In this document: piece after piece, positions 40,241 to 53,101 of the stretch
Position numbering within the stretch: the stretch's first letter is position 1
Layout: each line of letters begins with the position of its first letter
Assembly: GCF_026210795.1 (NCBI RefSeq)
Contig: NC_089430.1
Coordinates: 5,828,001-5,892,000, forward strand
DNA from: Rhizophagus irregularis
Taxonomy: Eukaryota
Direction: 5' to 3'
Length of the DNA stretch: 64,000 nucleotides
Translations under genes and position numbers: made by a program
The notes under the pieces: model-generated
Databases searched by the model: none
The model's input: only the letters and a program-made list of their open reading frames with translations
What the model was told of the DNA's origin: nothing

Positions 40241-42206
40241 TTAGCAATAATTAATACCTAAATATTCCTTGCTTATTATATTATTATTTTGTTTGTAATA
40301 ATCATCAGAATTTCTTGGTTTAGGAAGATTATCAAAATTAAGTAATCTACTTGTATAAATAGCTTCCGAATGCGTTTTATATAATGATCCTAACCTAATT
40401 GAAGTGAATAATTCATTATTACTTCCTTCCACTTCTTTAATTTGCTTTTTTAATTCTGTTTGATCTGAATCAGACGATTTACTAAATTCATGAGCCCATT
40501 CTCTTAAAATTTTGCAAATTTCTATTGCTTTTGGTCGATTCAATGGATTTGCATCTAAACATCTTTTAATTAAATGCACAATTAATTGAGGTACATTAAT
40601 ATTAAACCTTGGTCTAAGTCCCTGGCAAATTTTTATTGCTAAATTTTCATCATGGCCTATATTATAATATGGAGGTAATCCGGAAATTAATTCATACATA
40701 ATTATACCAAAACTATAAATATCTGCGGCTTTGGTATAATTTTGACCTTGTAAAATTTCAGGAGCAATATAAGGTAAAACACCGTATACACTATTTTTTG
40801 TACTTTCTGATTCACTGTAATCTGCAGGTTTACATAATCTCATATCAGTAATACAAACACTACCTCTATGTAATATGTTGCCAACATGTAGATCCCGATG
40901 AATTAATTTATGAAAATGAATATGATTAAGTCCAAATGCAATATCATATAAATAATCAATCTTATTTTTCCAATTTATTATATTATAATTCATGTCTAAA
41001 TATTTTCGTAAACTTCCATTTTCTGCATAATCCAAAATCATTATATAATTTTGTGTTTTTGGATCCTGAGATATTCCATAAAGTTTAATAATACTAGCAT
41101 AATTATTTATTTTATGATGTTGTGTAATCTATAATATACAAAGAAGATGCATCAACAAAAATAAATATATTAAAATTTCATCATCATTAAAATAAATAAA
41201 TTTATACCTCATTCATAAATTCTAATGTAATATTTCTTGAACTATCTAAACTTTTTAAAGCCACAAATTTATTTGGATATTCTCTTTTCCAATTTAATCT
41301 TTCATCATCCCATTTACTTATATGTCCATCAATCCAATTTGCTTTATATATTTTTCCAAACCCTCCTTTTGCAATATATTTAGTATTATTAAGTTTATTA
41401 TAAGGTATCCATTCTAATGCTCTCTTTATATCATTATGAGCTGATAATTGAGTATTTTGAATAAATTTATCAATGTCGTCATTACCACTAGTCCAATTTT
41501 TAAAATTTTGTTGAAAATATATTGCATTACATGGATAATCACATTTTATGCATTATATATATGAGCTGATAGCTGAGTATCTTGTATATATTTATCAATA
41601 TCATCATTACTACTAGTCCAATTTTCAAAATTTTGCTTAAAGAGTATTGCTATTGCATTGCACACATTATTACATTTTTTGCATTTATTAATCAAAACCA
41701 TCATATAATTTTCTGTTAATGGATCTTGAGTAATTCCATAAAATTTATAATTACTTTTAATCTACAAATATAACAAATTAGTAAAAAAATAATAAAAATT
41801 AACCCTAAAAATTCATTAAATATACCTCATTCATAAATTCTAATGTAATATTTTTTGGATTATTTAAACTTTTCAATTCTACCAGCATGTTTTTATTAAA
41901 TCTTATCCAATTTCGATTTTTACTATCCCATTCACTAATATATCCATCAATCCAATTTGCTCTGTATATTCCAATTTTTTCAAAATATTTAATATTATGA
42001 AATCTATCATAAGGTATCCATTCTAATGCTTTTTGTGTATCACCATGAGCCAATAACTGGGTACTTTGAATAAATTTATCAATTTCAACACTACCACTAG
42101 TCCAACTTTCAAAATTTTGTTTAAAATATTTTACATAACAACTTACAGAACTACATTCTTTACACTTATCAATCAAAAATAGCTGAAAAAAATTCGTAAG
42201 ACTCAT
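40241..42206 (-). pseudogene. TKL kinase paralog with a frameshifting module fusion and DMG->DMR change
   Basis: Exon 2 reads ..QLSAHIYNA* (stop at 41546-41548) while the next module (CIKCDYPC..AKGGFG) starts in another frame. The C-lobe has HRDLHVGN and APE but TDMRL. Confidence 0.75.
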
Positions 42207-43309
42207 TTACAATTTAATAAAATTTGGTGAAATGAAGATTAATAGAATAAAATAATTAGGAATATAATTTGTGTGAAATGTATTTTACGGGAGAAACAGA
42301 AAAAAAAAAAGAATTTTAGCGTGAGGCCATTATATAGATAATACGTAATAATCAAGTGACTTAGTGTATTGCATAATTGGATATATCAATTTTGCCGATC
42401 TAACCATCTCCATATACTGTCCGTCATGTGATCTTAGGCCAATGAAATCGGAAATTTAAGTTTTATTTTTTTTGCTCACTTATAACGTTCCATTTTCCAG
42501 TAATATTATTACTTGGATTTTGCTACTTAAATTCCCAAAACTCACAAAAAGCTCTAATACTATTAAGACTAATTAAAACTGGAAAAGTAATACATCATTA
42601 ATATATTGTAAATTAAAGTCGCGTAACTTGACTCAAATTATTATTGACCCCCTAAAAAGCTCTATTGCACTTTGTCTTTGTGTAATAATAAATGGGGTCA
42701 TACTGAAAAAAAATAAGCAAATATTGAAATGACTTAACCCTTTCTTAAGCAAAAATTTTGGTAACACGTGCTTACTTTGTAAGCCTGTGAGTACCAGCTA
42801 TATGTAACCCAAACTATGATTCATTAATTATACAATTTCGCACCCTAACCGCAAGTAGATCACAGCATCACACAAAGCCACATTGTACAACCAAAAATTT
42901 CGTAATTATATAAATATCCGGAATTGTGTGAAACTGATAATAAAAATTTTTCAATATACTTTTATATTTGTATGTTTTGAGTCATTTTTTTGTATATTTA
43001 TTCACATACTTGTATATATTATCTAAGTCAACTAAGAGTTTATTTATTATCTATTTGCTATATTTATCAGTCACAGCACGCCGATAGTCATAGAATCTAT
43101 TTATTGGTCACAGTCACTTCATCATAAAAATGTATAGTCGAAATAGTCGAACAAATGGTTTGGCAAAAAATGACCCGATAAACAGTAATCAGCCAAAAAG
43201 ATGACTAATATTAAAAGTCATATACAGTAATAATGTACAATATGCCATAATGATTCAAATTTACATGACACATATATATATATGATGCATCTGTACCAAT
43301 TTCTCTAAA

Positions 43310-46300
43310 CTCTCTTTCTTCAAATAATGTCTCAAAGGCTCATACTTGACATTTACAGATACATAATGCTAAACTATTTTATTTTGGGTAGATCCATTAA
43401 CATTTGAACAGTCCCTCTCTAAATGGCAGAGAGAACTACTTACAAAAGAATATAATATAAATGCTTAGCAGAAAGATCTTCTTAAAAGAGAACATGAAAT
43501 AAATTGGAGTTACCAGTGCCTCTTACACATGTGATATCAATGATAAAAAAAATAAGGATGTTGTTACTTTTCGCACTTCAAGGATGCAATCAAAGAAAAA
43601 ATTCAAAATGCCAAACTTGATGATTGTTGGAATAAGTTGGGAAGAATCGACAGAACAATGCAGAAAAATTCCATCAATTTTGATAGTAGATGAGGATCAT
43701 CTGATTTACGGGAAGGATAAAGCCTCTCTTTCTTCAAATAATGTCTCAAAGGCTCATACTTGACATTTACAGATACATAATGCTAAACTATTTTATTTTG
43801 GGTAGATCCATTAACATTTGAACAGTCCCTCTCTAAATGGCAGAGAGAACTACTTACAAAAGAACATAATATAAATGCTTAGCAGAAAGATTTTCTTAAA
43901 AGAGAACATGAAATAAGTGAGAGAGAATTGGAGTTACCAGTGCCTCCTACACATGTGATATCAACGATAAAAAAAATAAGGATGTTGTTACTTTTTCACA
44001 CTTCAAGGATGCAATCAAAGAAAAAAATCCAAAATGCCAAACTTGATGATTGTTGGAATAAGTTGGGAAGAATCGACAGAACAATGCAGAAAAATTCCAT
44101 CAATTTTGATAGTAGATGAGGCTCATCTAATTTACGGGAAGGATAAAGAAGCCTCTCTTTCTTCAAATAATGTCTCAAAGGCTCATACTTGACATTTACA
44201 GATACATAATGCTAAACTATTTTATTTTGGGTAGATCCATTAACATTTGAACAGTCCCTCTCTAAATGGCAGAGAGAACTACTTACAAAAGAACATAATA
44301 TAAATGCTTAGCAGAAAGATTTTCTTAAAAGAGAACATCAAAATAGAAATTGAGAAGGTGGAGTTACCAGTGCCTCCTACACATGTGATATCAACGATAA
44401 AAAAAATAAGGATGTTGTTACTTTTTCACACTTCAAGGATGCAATCAAAGAAAAAATCCAAAATGCCAAACTTGATGATTGTTGGAATAAGTTGGGAAGA
44501 ATCGACAGAACAATGCAGAAAAATTCCATCAATTTTGATAGTAGATAAAGGGAGCTCATCTAATTTACGGAGGATCAAGAAACTCTGTTTCTTCAAATAC
44601 ATATAAAGGCTGCTACTTGACATTTACAGATACATAATGCTAAACTATTTTATTTTGGGTAGATCCATTAACATTTGAACAGTCCCTCTCTAAATGGCAA
44701 GAGAACTACTTACAAAAGAACATAATATAAATGCTTAGCAGAAAGATTTTCTTAAAGAGAACACATGAAATAAGTGAGAGAGAATTGGGTGCAAAGTGCC
44801 TCCTACACATGTGAATATCAACGATAAAAAAAATAAGGATGTTGTTACTTTTTCACACTTCAAGGATGCAATCAAAGAAAAAATCCAAAATGCCAAACTT
44901 GATGATTGTTGGAATAAGTTGGGAAGAATCGACAGAACAATGCAGAAAAATTCCATCAATTTTGATAGTAGATGAGGCTCATCTAATTTACGGGAAGGAT
45001 AAAGAAGCCTCTCTTTCTTCAAATAATGTCTCAAAGGCTCATACTTGACATTTACAGATACATAATGCTAAACTATTTTATTTTGGGTAGATCCATTAAC
45101 ATTTGAACAGTCCCTCTCTAAATGGCAGAGAGAACTACTTACAAAAGAACATAATATAAATGCTTAGCAGAAAGATTTTCTTAAAAGAGAACATGAAATA
45201 AGTGAGAGAGAATTGGAGTTACCAGTGCCTCCTACACATGTGATATCAACGATAAAAAAAATAAGGATGTTGTTACTTTTTCACACTTCAAGGATGCAAT
45301 CAAAAGAAAAAATCCAAAATGCCAAACTTGATGATTGTTGGAATAAGTTGGGAAGAATCGACAGAACAATGCAGAAAAATTCCATCAATTTTGATAGTAG
45401 ATGAGGCTCATCTAATTTACGGGAAGGATAAAAAGAAGCCTCTCTTTCTTCAAATAATGTCTCAAAGGCTCATACTTGACATTTACAGATACATAATGCT
45501 AAACTATTTTATTTTGGGTAGATCCATTAACGCTTGGAGGCAGTCCCTCTCCTAAATGGCAGAGAGAACACACAAAGAACATAATATAAATGTAAGCAGA
45601 AGATTTTCTTAAGAGAACATGAAATAAGTGAGAGAGAATTGGAGTTACCAGTGCCTCCTACACATGTGATATCAACGATAAAAAAAATAAGGATGTTGTT
45701 ACTTTTTCACACTTCAAGGATGCAATCAAAGAAAAAATCCAAAATGCCAAACTTGATGATTGTTGGAATAAGTTGGGAAGAATCGACAGAACAATGCAGA
45801 AAAATTCCATCAATTTTGATAGTAGATGAGGCTCATCTAATTTACGGGAAGGATAAAGAAGCCTCTCTTTCTTCAAATAATGTCTCAAAGGCTCATACTT
45901 GACATTTACAGATACATAATGCTAAACTATTTTATTTTGGGTAGATCCATTAACATTTGAACAGTCCCTCTCTAAATGGCAGAGAGAACTACTTACAAAA
46001 GAACATAATATAAATGCTTAGCAGAAAGATTTTCTTAAAAGAGAACATGAAATAAGTGAGAAAGTGGAGTTACCAGTGCCTCCTACACATGTGATATCAA
46101 CGGTAAAAAAAATAAGGATGTTGTTACTTTTTCACACTTCAAGGATGCAATCAAAGAAAAAATCCAAAATGCCAAACTTGATGATTGTTGGAATAAGTTG
46201 GGAAGAATCGACAGAACAATGCAGAAAAATTCCATCAATTTTGATAGTAGATGAGGCTCATCTAATTTACGGGAAGGATAAAGAAGCCTCTCTTTCTTCA

Positions 46301-46716
46301 AATAATGTCTCAAAGGCTCATACTTGACATTTACAGATACATAATGCTAAACTATTTTATTTTGGGTAGATCCATTAACATTTGAACAGTCCCTCTCTAA
46401 ATGGCAGAGAGAACTACTTACAAAAGAACATAATATAAATGCTTAGCAGAAAGATCTTCTTAAAAGAGAAATGAAATAAGTGAGAGAGAATTGGAGTTAC
46501 CAGTGCCTCTTACACATGTGATATCAACGATAAAAAAATAAGAATGTTGTTACTTTTTCGCACTTCAAGGATGCAATCAAAGAAAAAATCCAAAATGCCA
46601 AACTTGATGATTGTTGGAATAAGTTGGGAAGAATCGACAGAACAATAATGCAGAAAAATTCCATCAATTTTGATAGTAGATGAGGCTCATCTGATTTACG
46701 GGAAGGATAAAGAAGC
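43310..46716 (+). repeat. Tandem array of about 8 units of about 425 bp, derived from the 5' part of a Crinkler-like gene
   Basis: CTCTCTTTCTTCAAATAATGTCTCAAAGG recurs at about 43310, 43724, 44153, 44583, 45009, 45440, 45863 and 46288. Confidence 0.92.
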
Positions 46717-47495
46717 TAGTAATAAAGAATCTGCAGATAAAGAATCTGCAGATCAATTCTGGGCAACTGTTAACCTTCAAAAAGTATCATCTATAAATAT
46801 TATAATATTTGTGGCCTATGGATATAGAAGTTCTAACTAGGTTCAAATCTGTCCTTGTGCCCTTTCATATCTTCATCATCTCTCAAAAGTTATATTGCCC
46901 AGTCTAACTTGTCCACATAGAAATCTATCTTTCCTTCACATCCAAAAACTGAACCTACTTCAGGTGACAAAAAATGATTCCTTCTCAATACCTGTGTACC
47001 GATTCTATAAAATTCCTTCTGCCATGTTTGTTCCAGGATTCTTCCTTCAGATCCAAATCCAAGTGTTTCTCTTAAAATGTTCACACTTAGTTTATTACAC
47101 ATTGCTGTGAAAATCTTCACAATAAATTGATACAAATCTGTGGGAATAATATTGCTACTACGGCTAACTCCATAATTTTGCTGAAAAAATGCCCACTTAA
47201 GAAGGGGTGTTGCAAAAGTTAAATAACTATTATCCTCCACAACCATAAGGACTCCAGTTTTAACTAGGTAATTTGACAGGAGTCGCGAGTCCTGCATGGA
47301 GGAAAATTTAAAGAGATTTTTAAATATGCAAAGAGTATAGCTATTATTGATATTCGCGTTGATACTCACAATGAAGCAAAAAAAGTTTAGGAAATGAAGG
47401 CGGATTTCATATACGTGTCATACTCCAAAGATTTTGGTGCATTTAAAATAAAGAGTTTGGGTAAAGAAACTTTATTTATTAGGTCTCAAGATTAA
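43327..47495 (+). pseudogene. Crinkler-like (N-domain + P-loop NTPase + PD-(D/E)XK nuclease) pseudogene, amplified, deleted and internally inverted
   Basis: MSQRLILD..LNYFILG and FKDAIKEK (CRN N-terminus-like); ILIVDEAHLIY (Walker B-like); EQTWQKEFYR..SPEVG..GKIDFYV..WAI*LL (nuclease, on the minus strand); IAIIDIR C-terminus back on the plus strand. Confidence 0.65.
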
Positions 47496-47699
47496 TTTAT
47501 TCTTCAATCAGACAAAGTAATACATGTTGTTTCTTTTTTGAGCAAAATGTAAAATAATAATAAAAATCTTGACGCTTCCTCGTTATAAATTTTACCATCA
47601 TGGGAGAATTTATCTGTTATATTGAATAAAGAAACATGATATTTTTATATTTATACTTTTTTTAAAAAAAAAGAAATAAAAATGGATAAATAAGTAGAT

Positions 47700-48240
47700 A
47701 GTTGAATGACTAAACCTACTAGCTCTACGCAGTATATTCCTCTGTGTAATCCGGCCAAGTATATACACATATACGATAGGGCAACAGGTTTTATTACGGT
47801 CAAGAATATAGCTTCTCTGGAGCACCTTCGGGGTAAGACAAGATAGAGTAATAGCGTGTTTGATTACCCCGAACTTTGTGGGATTTCGATGCTAGAGGTC
47901 CGGAATGTCGATCAACAGCTCAGAGGATTTAGATAGATCAATTAGTTATAGGGCTATCGATAATTTATTATCAGTACCTCAGGTATTTTATAAAAATTAT
48001 GTATCTTCAGATACTAAACAATTGATAAAATGCGCTACTAATTTTTTTTTTTTAAAAAAAAAAGTACATATAGAAGATTGGGTATGGATTTGCGAAGATA
48101 ATGAATATACTACAGAATTGGATATAATAATTAAAACAATGATAGAGTTAGCAGGGAAAAAGAGAAATTTAAATTCTAATGACTATTAATAGTGAGTTCG
48201 AAAGGATTTGCTCAAGAACTGTCTGTAATACTAGTTGAAA
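47700..48240 (+). mobile_element. Possible LINE 5' end (structured leader plus truncated ORF 47905-48189)
   Basis: GC-richer leader with a 10-bp perfect stem, followed by a 94-aa ORF that decays. The family assignment is from memory only. Confidence 0.35.
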
Positions 48241-49304
48241 ACAATAATAAGAAATCATGTGAAATTACGTGGTTTGTTTAATAGAAAATTTGAAAAGGCA
48301 ACGCAACAGGTTACTGGTTACAGCTACTAGTATATTGCTATAATTAATATATTCATAATAATTTATTTCTCATCGAATTTTATTCCAACTTACAAAGAAA
48401 GGCAAATTCTTCCATTTCAGTTATGCTTCTTTAGTCCAATTGACCCACCCCTCTGAATAATGAATATGTAATAGTTCTAAAATTCATGAAATGTGGAACC
48501 AATTGTCTTTTCAACAGTTGTCATACTACTACTGAATCTGAAAATAGTTACATTGCAATTTGTAAATGATCACAAGAACATTATTCAAATATTGAAGATC
48601 TTTAATAATAAGAATGTGTGTACGTAGTTTTAGTTCATTTATAAAATTTCCCAGTGAAATACTAACGCTAATGCTTGGCTGCGAGAAGATAGTAAGGTAG
48701 CATCGTTACGAGGAAATATTTATATTAGTATCGTTACCAAAAAAAATATTATAATCATTGCCTCACATTTTCCCTGTATATTCGGCTGTAAACGGTATCC
48801 ATAGGAAAATATATTTGCTAGTCGCATACCTGGATAGTGACATGGGCTGGTATTGTTTGCATATTATAGTACTTGGTATAGTAGTTTCGTATACAAAAAG
48901 AAATAGCAGGATTCTAGTAGCTTCACTTTAAAGTTCCTTCGGAATAGCTAGTTTCACTGCTGAAACAAGGTATGCCCAAATTCTTTGCGAGACAGGTGTA
49001 CATTCAACGCTTAGTGAATATTAGTGAATATGAGACGGTATTTGAACCAAATATCTGAAGGGTATCCTTCGGAATGTAATTTGTTGCGGAAGTTTGCTAT
49101 TTATGAACGTGAGTAAAAATGATGGTTATGGATTTTTAGCCATTGCTTGTTGTCACATTATAATTTCAACTTCTATCAATAGTAAGTTAAGTACATTATA
49201 ATAATTTTTATAGTATTTACATTTTTTTATTATATGAAATACGAATCATTTATCAATTAGTAATATACAGTACCTACATACTATCATATATATAAGTAGA
49301 TTGC

Positions 49305-49580
49305 GTTGATAATCTTCCCAAACCAAAATATTCTGATGATTATCATGTCATGAACAAGATAATTAATATAATAAGCAAGGAATATTCTGGTATTAATTAA
49401 TAATTAGTTGAATACGCAAAAATATTTGAAATTAGAATCTTTACAAATTAATATTATTGATTATTGATTTTCATATTTCCCATGATTCTCAAGAAATTGA
49501 TGCTTTTAAGTCGATTAATCAAATTGGCTGAATTTGAGAACAGAAAAATTTAAAATAAAATAATTTTTGATTTCGTCGAA
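49305..49580 (+). pseudogene. Kinase C-terminal tail relic
   Basis: NLPKPKYSDDY..IISKEYSG-like text matching the tails at 29460-29535 and 40255-40330. Confidence 0.5.
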
Positions 49581-50507
49581 GATTATCATTAAAAGGAAAG
49601 GTTTTAAAGTGACATTAATTAGAATTTTGAGTCGTAACCGGCTTATGTTGCTATTTATTTACTACATACATTAAATAAGCAAATTTGAAATATTTAAAAA
49701 TTTATAATTGAATTATAGAGATAAAAATAATGATATAATAAGCGAAGAATATTCTGATATTAATTAAATATTCAAAAATGTAATTTACTACTAACAAAGC
49801 TTTAACTGAATTTATTAAATATAATCTTTACAAATTAATATTCTAAAAATTATAGAAATTACCAACTATACCGTACCGAAAAAGAATAATTTAACAAATT
49901 ACTGATAATAATATAGGCCTTACTATAAAATCAATTCTGACACTTGAATTCAATTTTGCCGTGTTTTCATAATAACTCGTTATTGCACTACTAATCACTT
50001 TATGTTTATGAATTTATTTAATAATTTATCTGTGAGAATCATTATTTATTATTATTCCTTTTTTCCTAATGTGCGAGTTCATAGTATTATATAATAAACA
50101 ATGGTTAGATGACAAGAACATTATCACTTGCTGCAGTACTGGAATTCATCTTAGATTCTCTTTGATGATATATTCATGCCTGTAATTTTTCTGATGATAT
50201 TTTTCATGCTCACGTGTTTTTATAGTTTATTTATACCTTTCCCATCACTGGACGTTAGTCTCCATGAGTCCAAAAGATAAAAGAGTTATTTCACGTGTCG
50301 CATAAATATTATGATTTTCACGGCGCAGCCGTGAAAATCATGAAATAACTATTTCTTATTTATTTAAATGATACATACCATAAACAATTACAGTTAAAAT
50401 AAGTATAACCATTCTGTTCGATTCATAATCATCAAAAATTCAAAATATTGATTAAGTTCTTGATTTTAACTCGAACAGTTTAGAATATCAAGGTTGGCAC
50501 TATGAAA

Positions 50508-51065
50508 GGTTAAACCTATAGGTGCCGTCGGAATTGCCAAATTCATCACTTTTACCATTTAAATATTTAACAAACATCGATGCCAGCGTTATAGATTTAC
50601 GGATTACAAATTATCTACGGCATAACCAGAAAAAAAATATTTACTTACTTTGTGTAATTTTTGTATTTTTGACATTAAATAATTACGGCATTGCGGCGAT
50701 TTAATATATTCCCTATAAAAAAAGAAAATTCGGAATTTGTCCTGAAAAGTATGGAAAATGTCCAGAAATTTTCCGTGCGTCCGGAAAACATTCGGAAACG
50801 GTCACGTTTTGGAACACTTTCCGGACGCACAAATTCCAGACATTTTCTTGACACTCCAGAATTTGTCCAGAATTTGTCCAGAATCGAGCGTCCGGAAAGT
50901 GTTCCAAAACGTGACCGTTTCCGAATGTTTTCCGGACGCACGGAAAATTTCCGGACATTTTCCATACTTTTCAGGACAAATTCCGAATTTTCTTTTTTTA
51001 TAGGGATTACGGTACAAGCTTAATATGCCGTACTAATTAATTCCGACGGAAAGTATAGTTAAACC
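50508..51065. mobile_element. Outer MITE-like element hosting the fold-back element
   Basis: GGTTAAACCTATAGGTGCCGTCGGAATT ... AATTCCGACGGAAAGTATAGTTAAACC imperfect IR. Confidence 0.45.
50711..51005. mobile_element. Fold-back MITE (about 118-bp near-perfect arms), CCCTATA termini, TSD ATT
   Basis: 50711-50828 is the reverse complement of 50888-51005 with about one mismatch. ATT at 50708-50710 and 51006-51008. Confidence 0.88.
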
Positions 51066-51984
51066 GCTGGGTCGTTTATCCAGTGATGGGTGGTTGGATG
51101 GTTGTGCGATAGTGTGATCATACTTCACATTGAGATATTGCGCTATCTAATCGGGAATTGAAGGAACATCTTTTCGCCTCCAGTTTTTCTTTTATATCAA
51201 ATCAAACATCAGTAAATATTCTTTAAGGTTTGTCCGAATATGCGGATTTTTAGATGTGCGTGTAAAGCTGCAAAATTTAAAGTTCTCCTTTTCTTTTTTC
51301 AAGATTAACTACAATCTTGAGGTGATTATGTAGCTACCACCTATTGCTCTTTCGTATTTGTAAAATTCTACATATATCATTTCTATGCGTAACAAGTAAC
51401 AACACTCATCCGGATCCATTATTCATAAATGTATCTATGTCCGTATCTCTTTCTCCGGCAGGCTTATCTAGAAAATCGTTTATTGAATGTTCCGAGAGTA
51501 AAACTTGTATTCCTGCTTCGTGATACACATCTGTATATGGTCCTCCATTGATCATCTTTTTTTTTCGGTAAGCAAGAAGGTAACTAATCTCGACTTTTAA
51601 CTGTCTATCTTTTCACCTAAATTCTGTTTGTATTACTTCTCTGATTTTTTTCACGGGATTCTATTACCTGAATCATATATAATCATCTGCATTATTGGCT
51701 TGTTAAATTCATAATATTTGTTACATTTATCCCTGGTTGTTCTACCTTCTACCTTGGGATTTACAAGGACCTACTTTTCCATATATCTTTTGTTCACATT
51801 TTCCCGTTAATATTCTCACGTCTTTATATCTTTTATTATTGATGGTTCATTATAAATGATTAATGGTTCTACGTTTGGAATTAATGTTCTGTTATGTTCT
51901 CTTGGTGAGAGTTCAATATATTCATATTACATAATAATAAAGAAAATTATGGACAGTAATTCTATAATTCTATTTGCGCAGGAA

Positions 51985-52094
51985 CCCTATAAAAATAATT
52001 CCGGAAAAAATTCCGATAAATGATCATTTTTCTAGTTTTTATTCCGAAGAAACTCAGGCACGTGATCATTTTTCCAAAAAATTTTTTTATAGGG
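51985..52094 (+). mobile_element. CCCTATA..TATAGGG MITE (110 bp), TSD GAA
   Basis: Copy of 37845-37952; GAA on both flanks. Confidence 0.75.
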
Positions 52095-53064
52095 GAAACG
52101 ATTATGTTCGGAAAAATAATTTTAGAAATCAAATTGTTTATAAAAGATTAATTAAAATAATTAATTTTATTATTACATTGTTATTACATAATTAGTATAA
52201 TTAGTACAATTTGTATAAAAAGGAAGTTTTCACAAAGAAAAATTTTTCATTGATCAATTCCATCAGGCAAGACCAATGCAAAAAGCCATCTTACCGGTCG
52301 ATGATGAACCGGAAGCAAAAAAAAACCGCACGATCAAGAACAATCATTCTATTAACATTAACTTAGTTTGTAAATAAAATTTTGATAGTTTTCCGTTAAA
52401 AAAATGTTAATGATGCAATAAACGTAACAGGCGTAGCACTGTAACCAGTCTGTAACCTCGAAAATTCAGAAACCCAGATAATCAAGTCTCTTAAAAAATT
52501 AATCCGACTGTAAAACTTTCGTGTGAAAATTCGTTTTTTATACAGCGTATTTCGAATTTTGAATTTGATGGTTATTTATATTCGTGCGAAAACATTGTAA
52601 AATATATTACAACGCGGTTCGATTTTACTCACTCTGGATATCACGTAAAGTATTAAAAAATGCAAAGATGTGCCTTGTCCTTCCTTTTCAGCATGTTTAT
52701 AAGTTATCAATTATTGTGACATAGTGGTGAGGGGATCACTTTTCGAATTCAAAATACTTTGCGTAAGGAACATTTGCAAATGAACTGCTTTGTATAAGAC
52801 TTCCAATAATACTAGTCAAGGTACGAATATATCTTAAGTAATTGTTTCTCCAAGTACGAAAAGTTTCTGACACGCACTCTGCACAAATATAAATAGTACT
52901 AACTAGTGTAACTAGTATGTGTAAAAAGTTCCTCAGTCAAAAAAATTTAATGTGTCACAGGAAATCCGTAATGTTGCGAAATCACTATTAAGAGAAAGAG
53001 TGGTAAGTATGATAAAGCGATAAGTCTATAGTTCATTAGTTCCAACTATCCAAATGTAGTTGTG

Positions 53065-53066
<2 letters not shown>

Positions 53067-53101
<35 letters not shown>
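53067..53101. repeat. (ATT)n microsatellite
   Basis: About 11 ATT units. Confidence 0.9.

Noticed and set aside
43928..46327. Repeated 60-100 aa ORFs as real peptides
   Set aside because: They are frame-variable by-products of a pseudogene-derived tandem repeat.
50675..51023. Overlapping ORFs on both strands
   Set aside because: An artefact of the palindromic MITE.
51100..51930. Possible minus-strand retroelement fragment
   Set aside because: The composition suggests decayed coding DNA, but there is no motif I can name with confidence.
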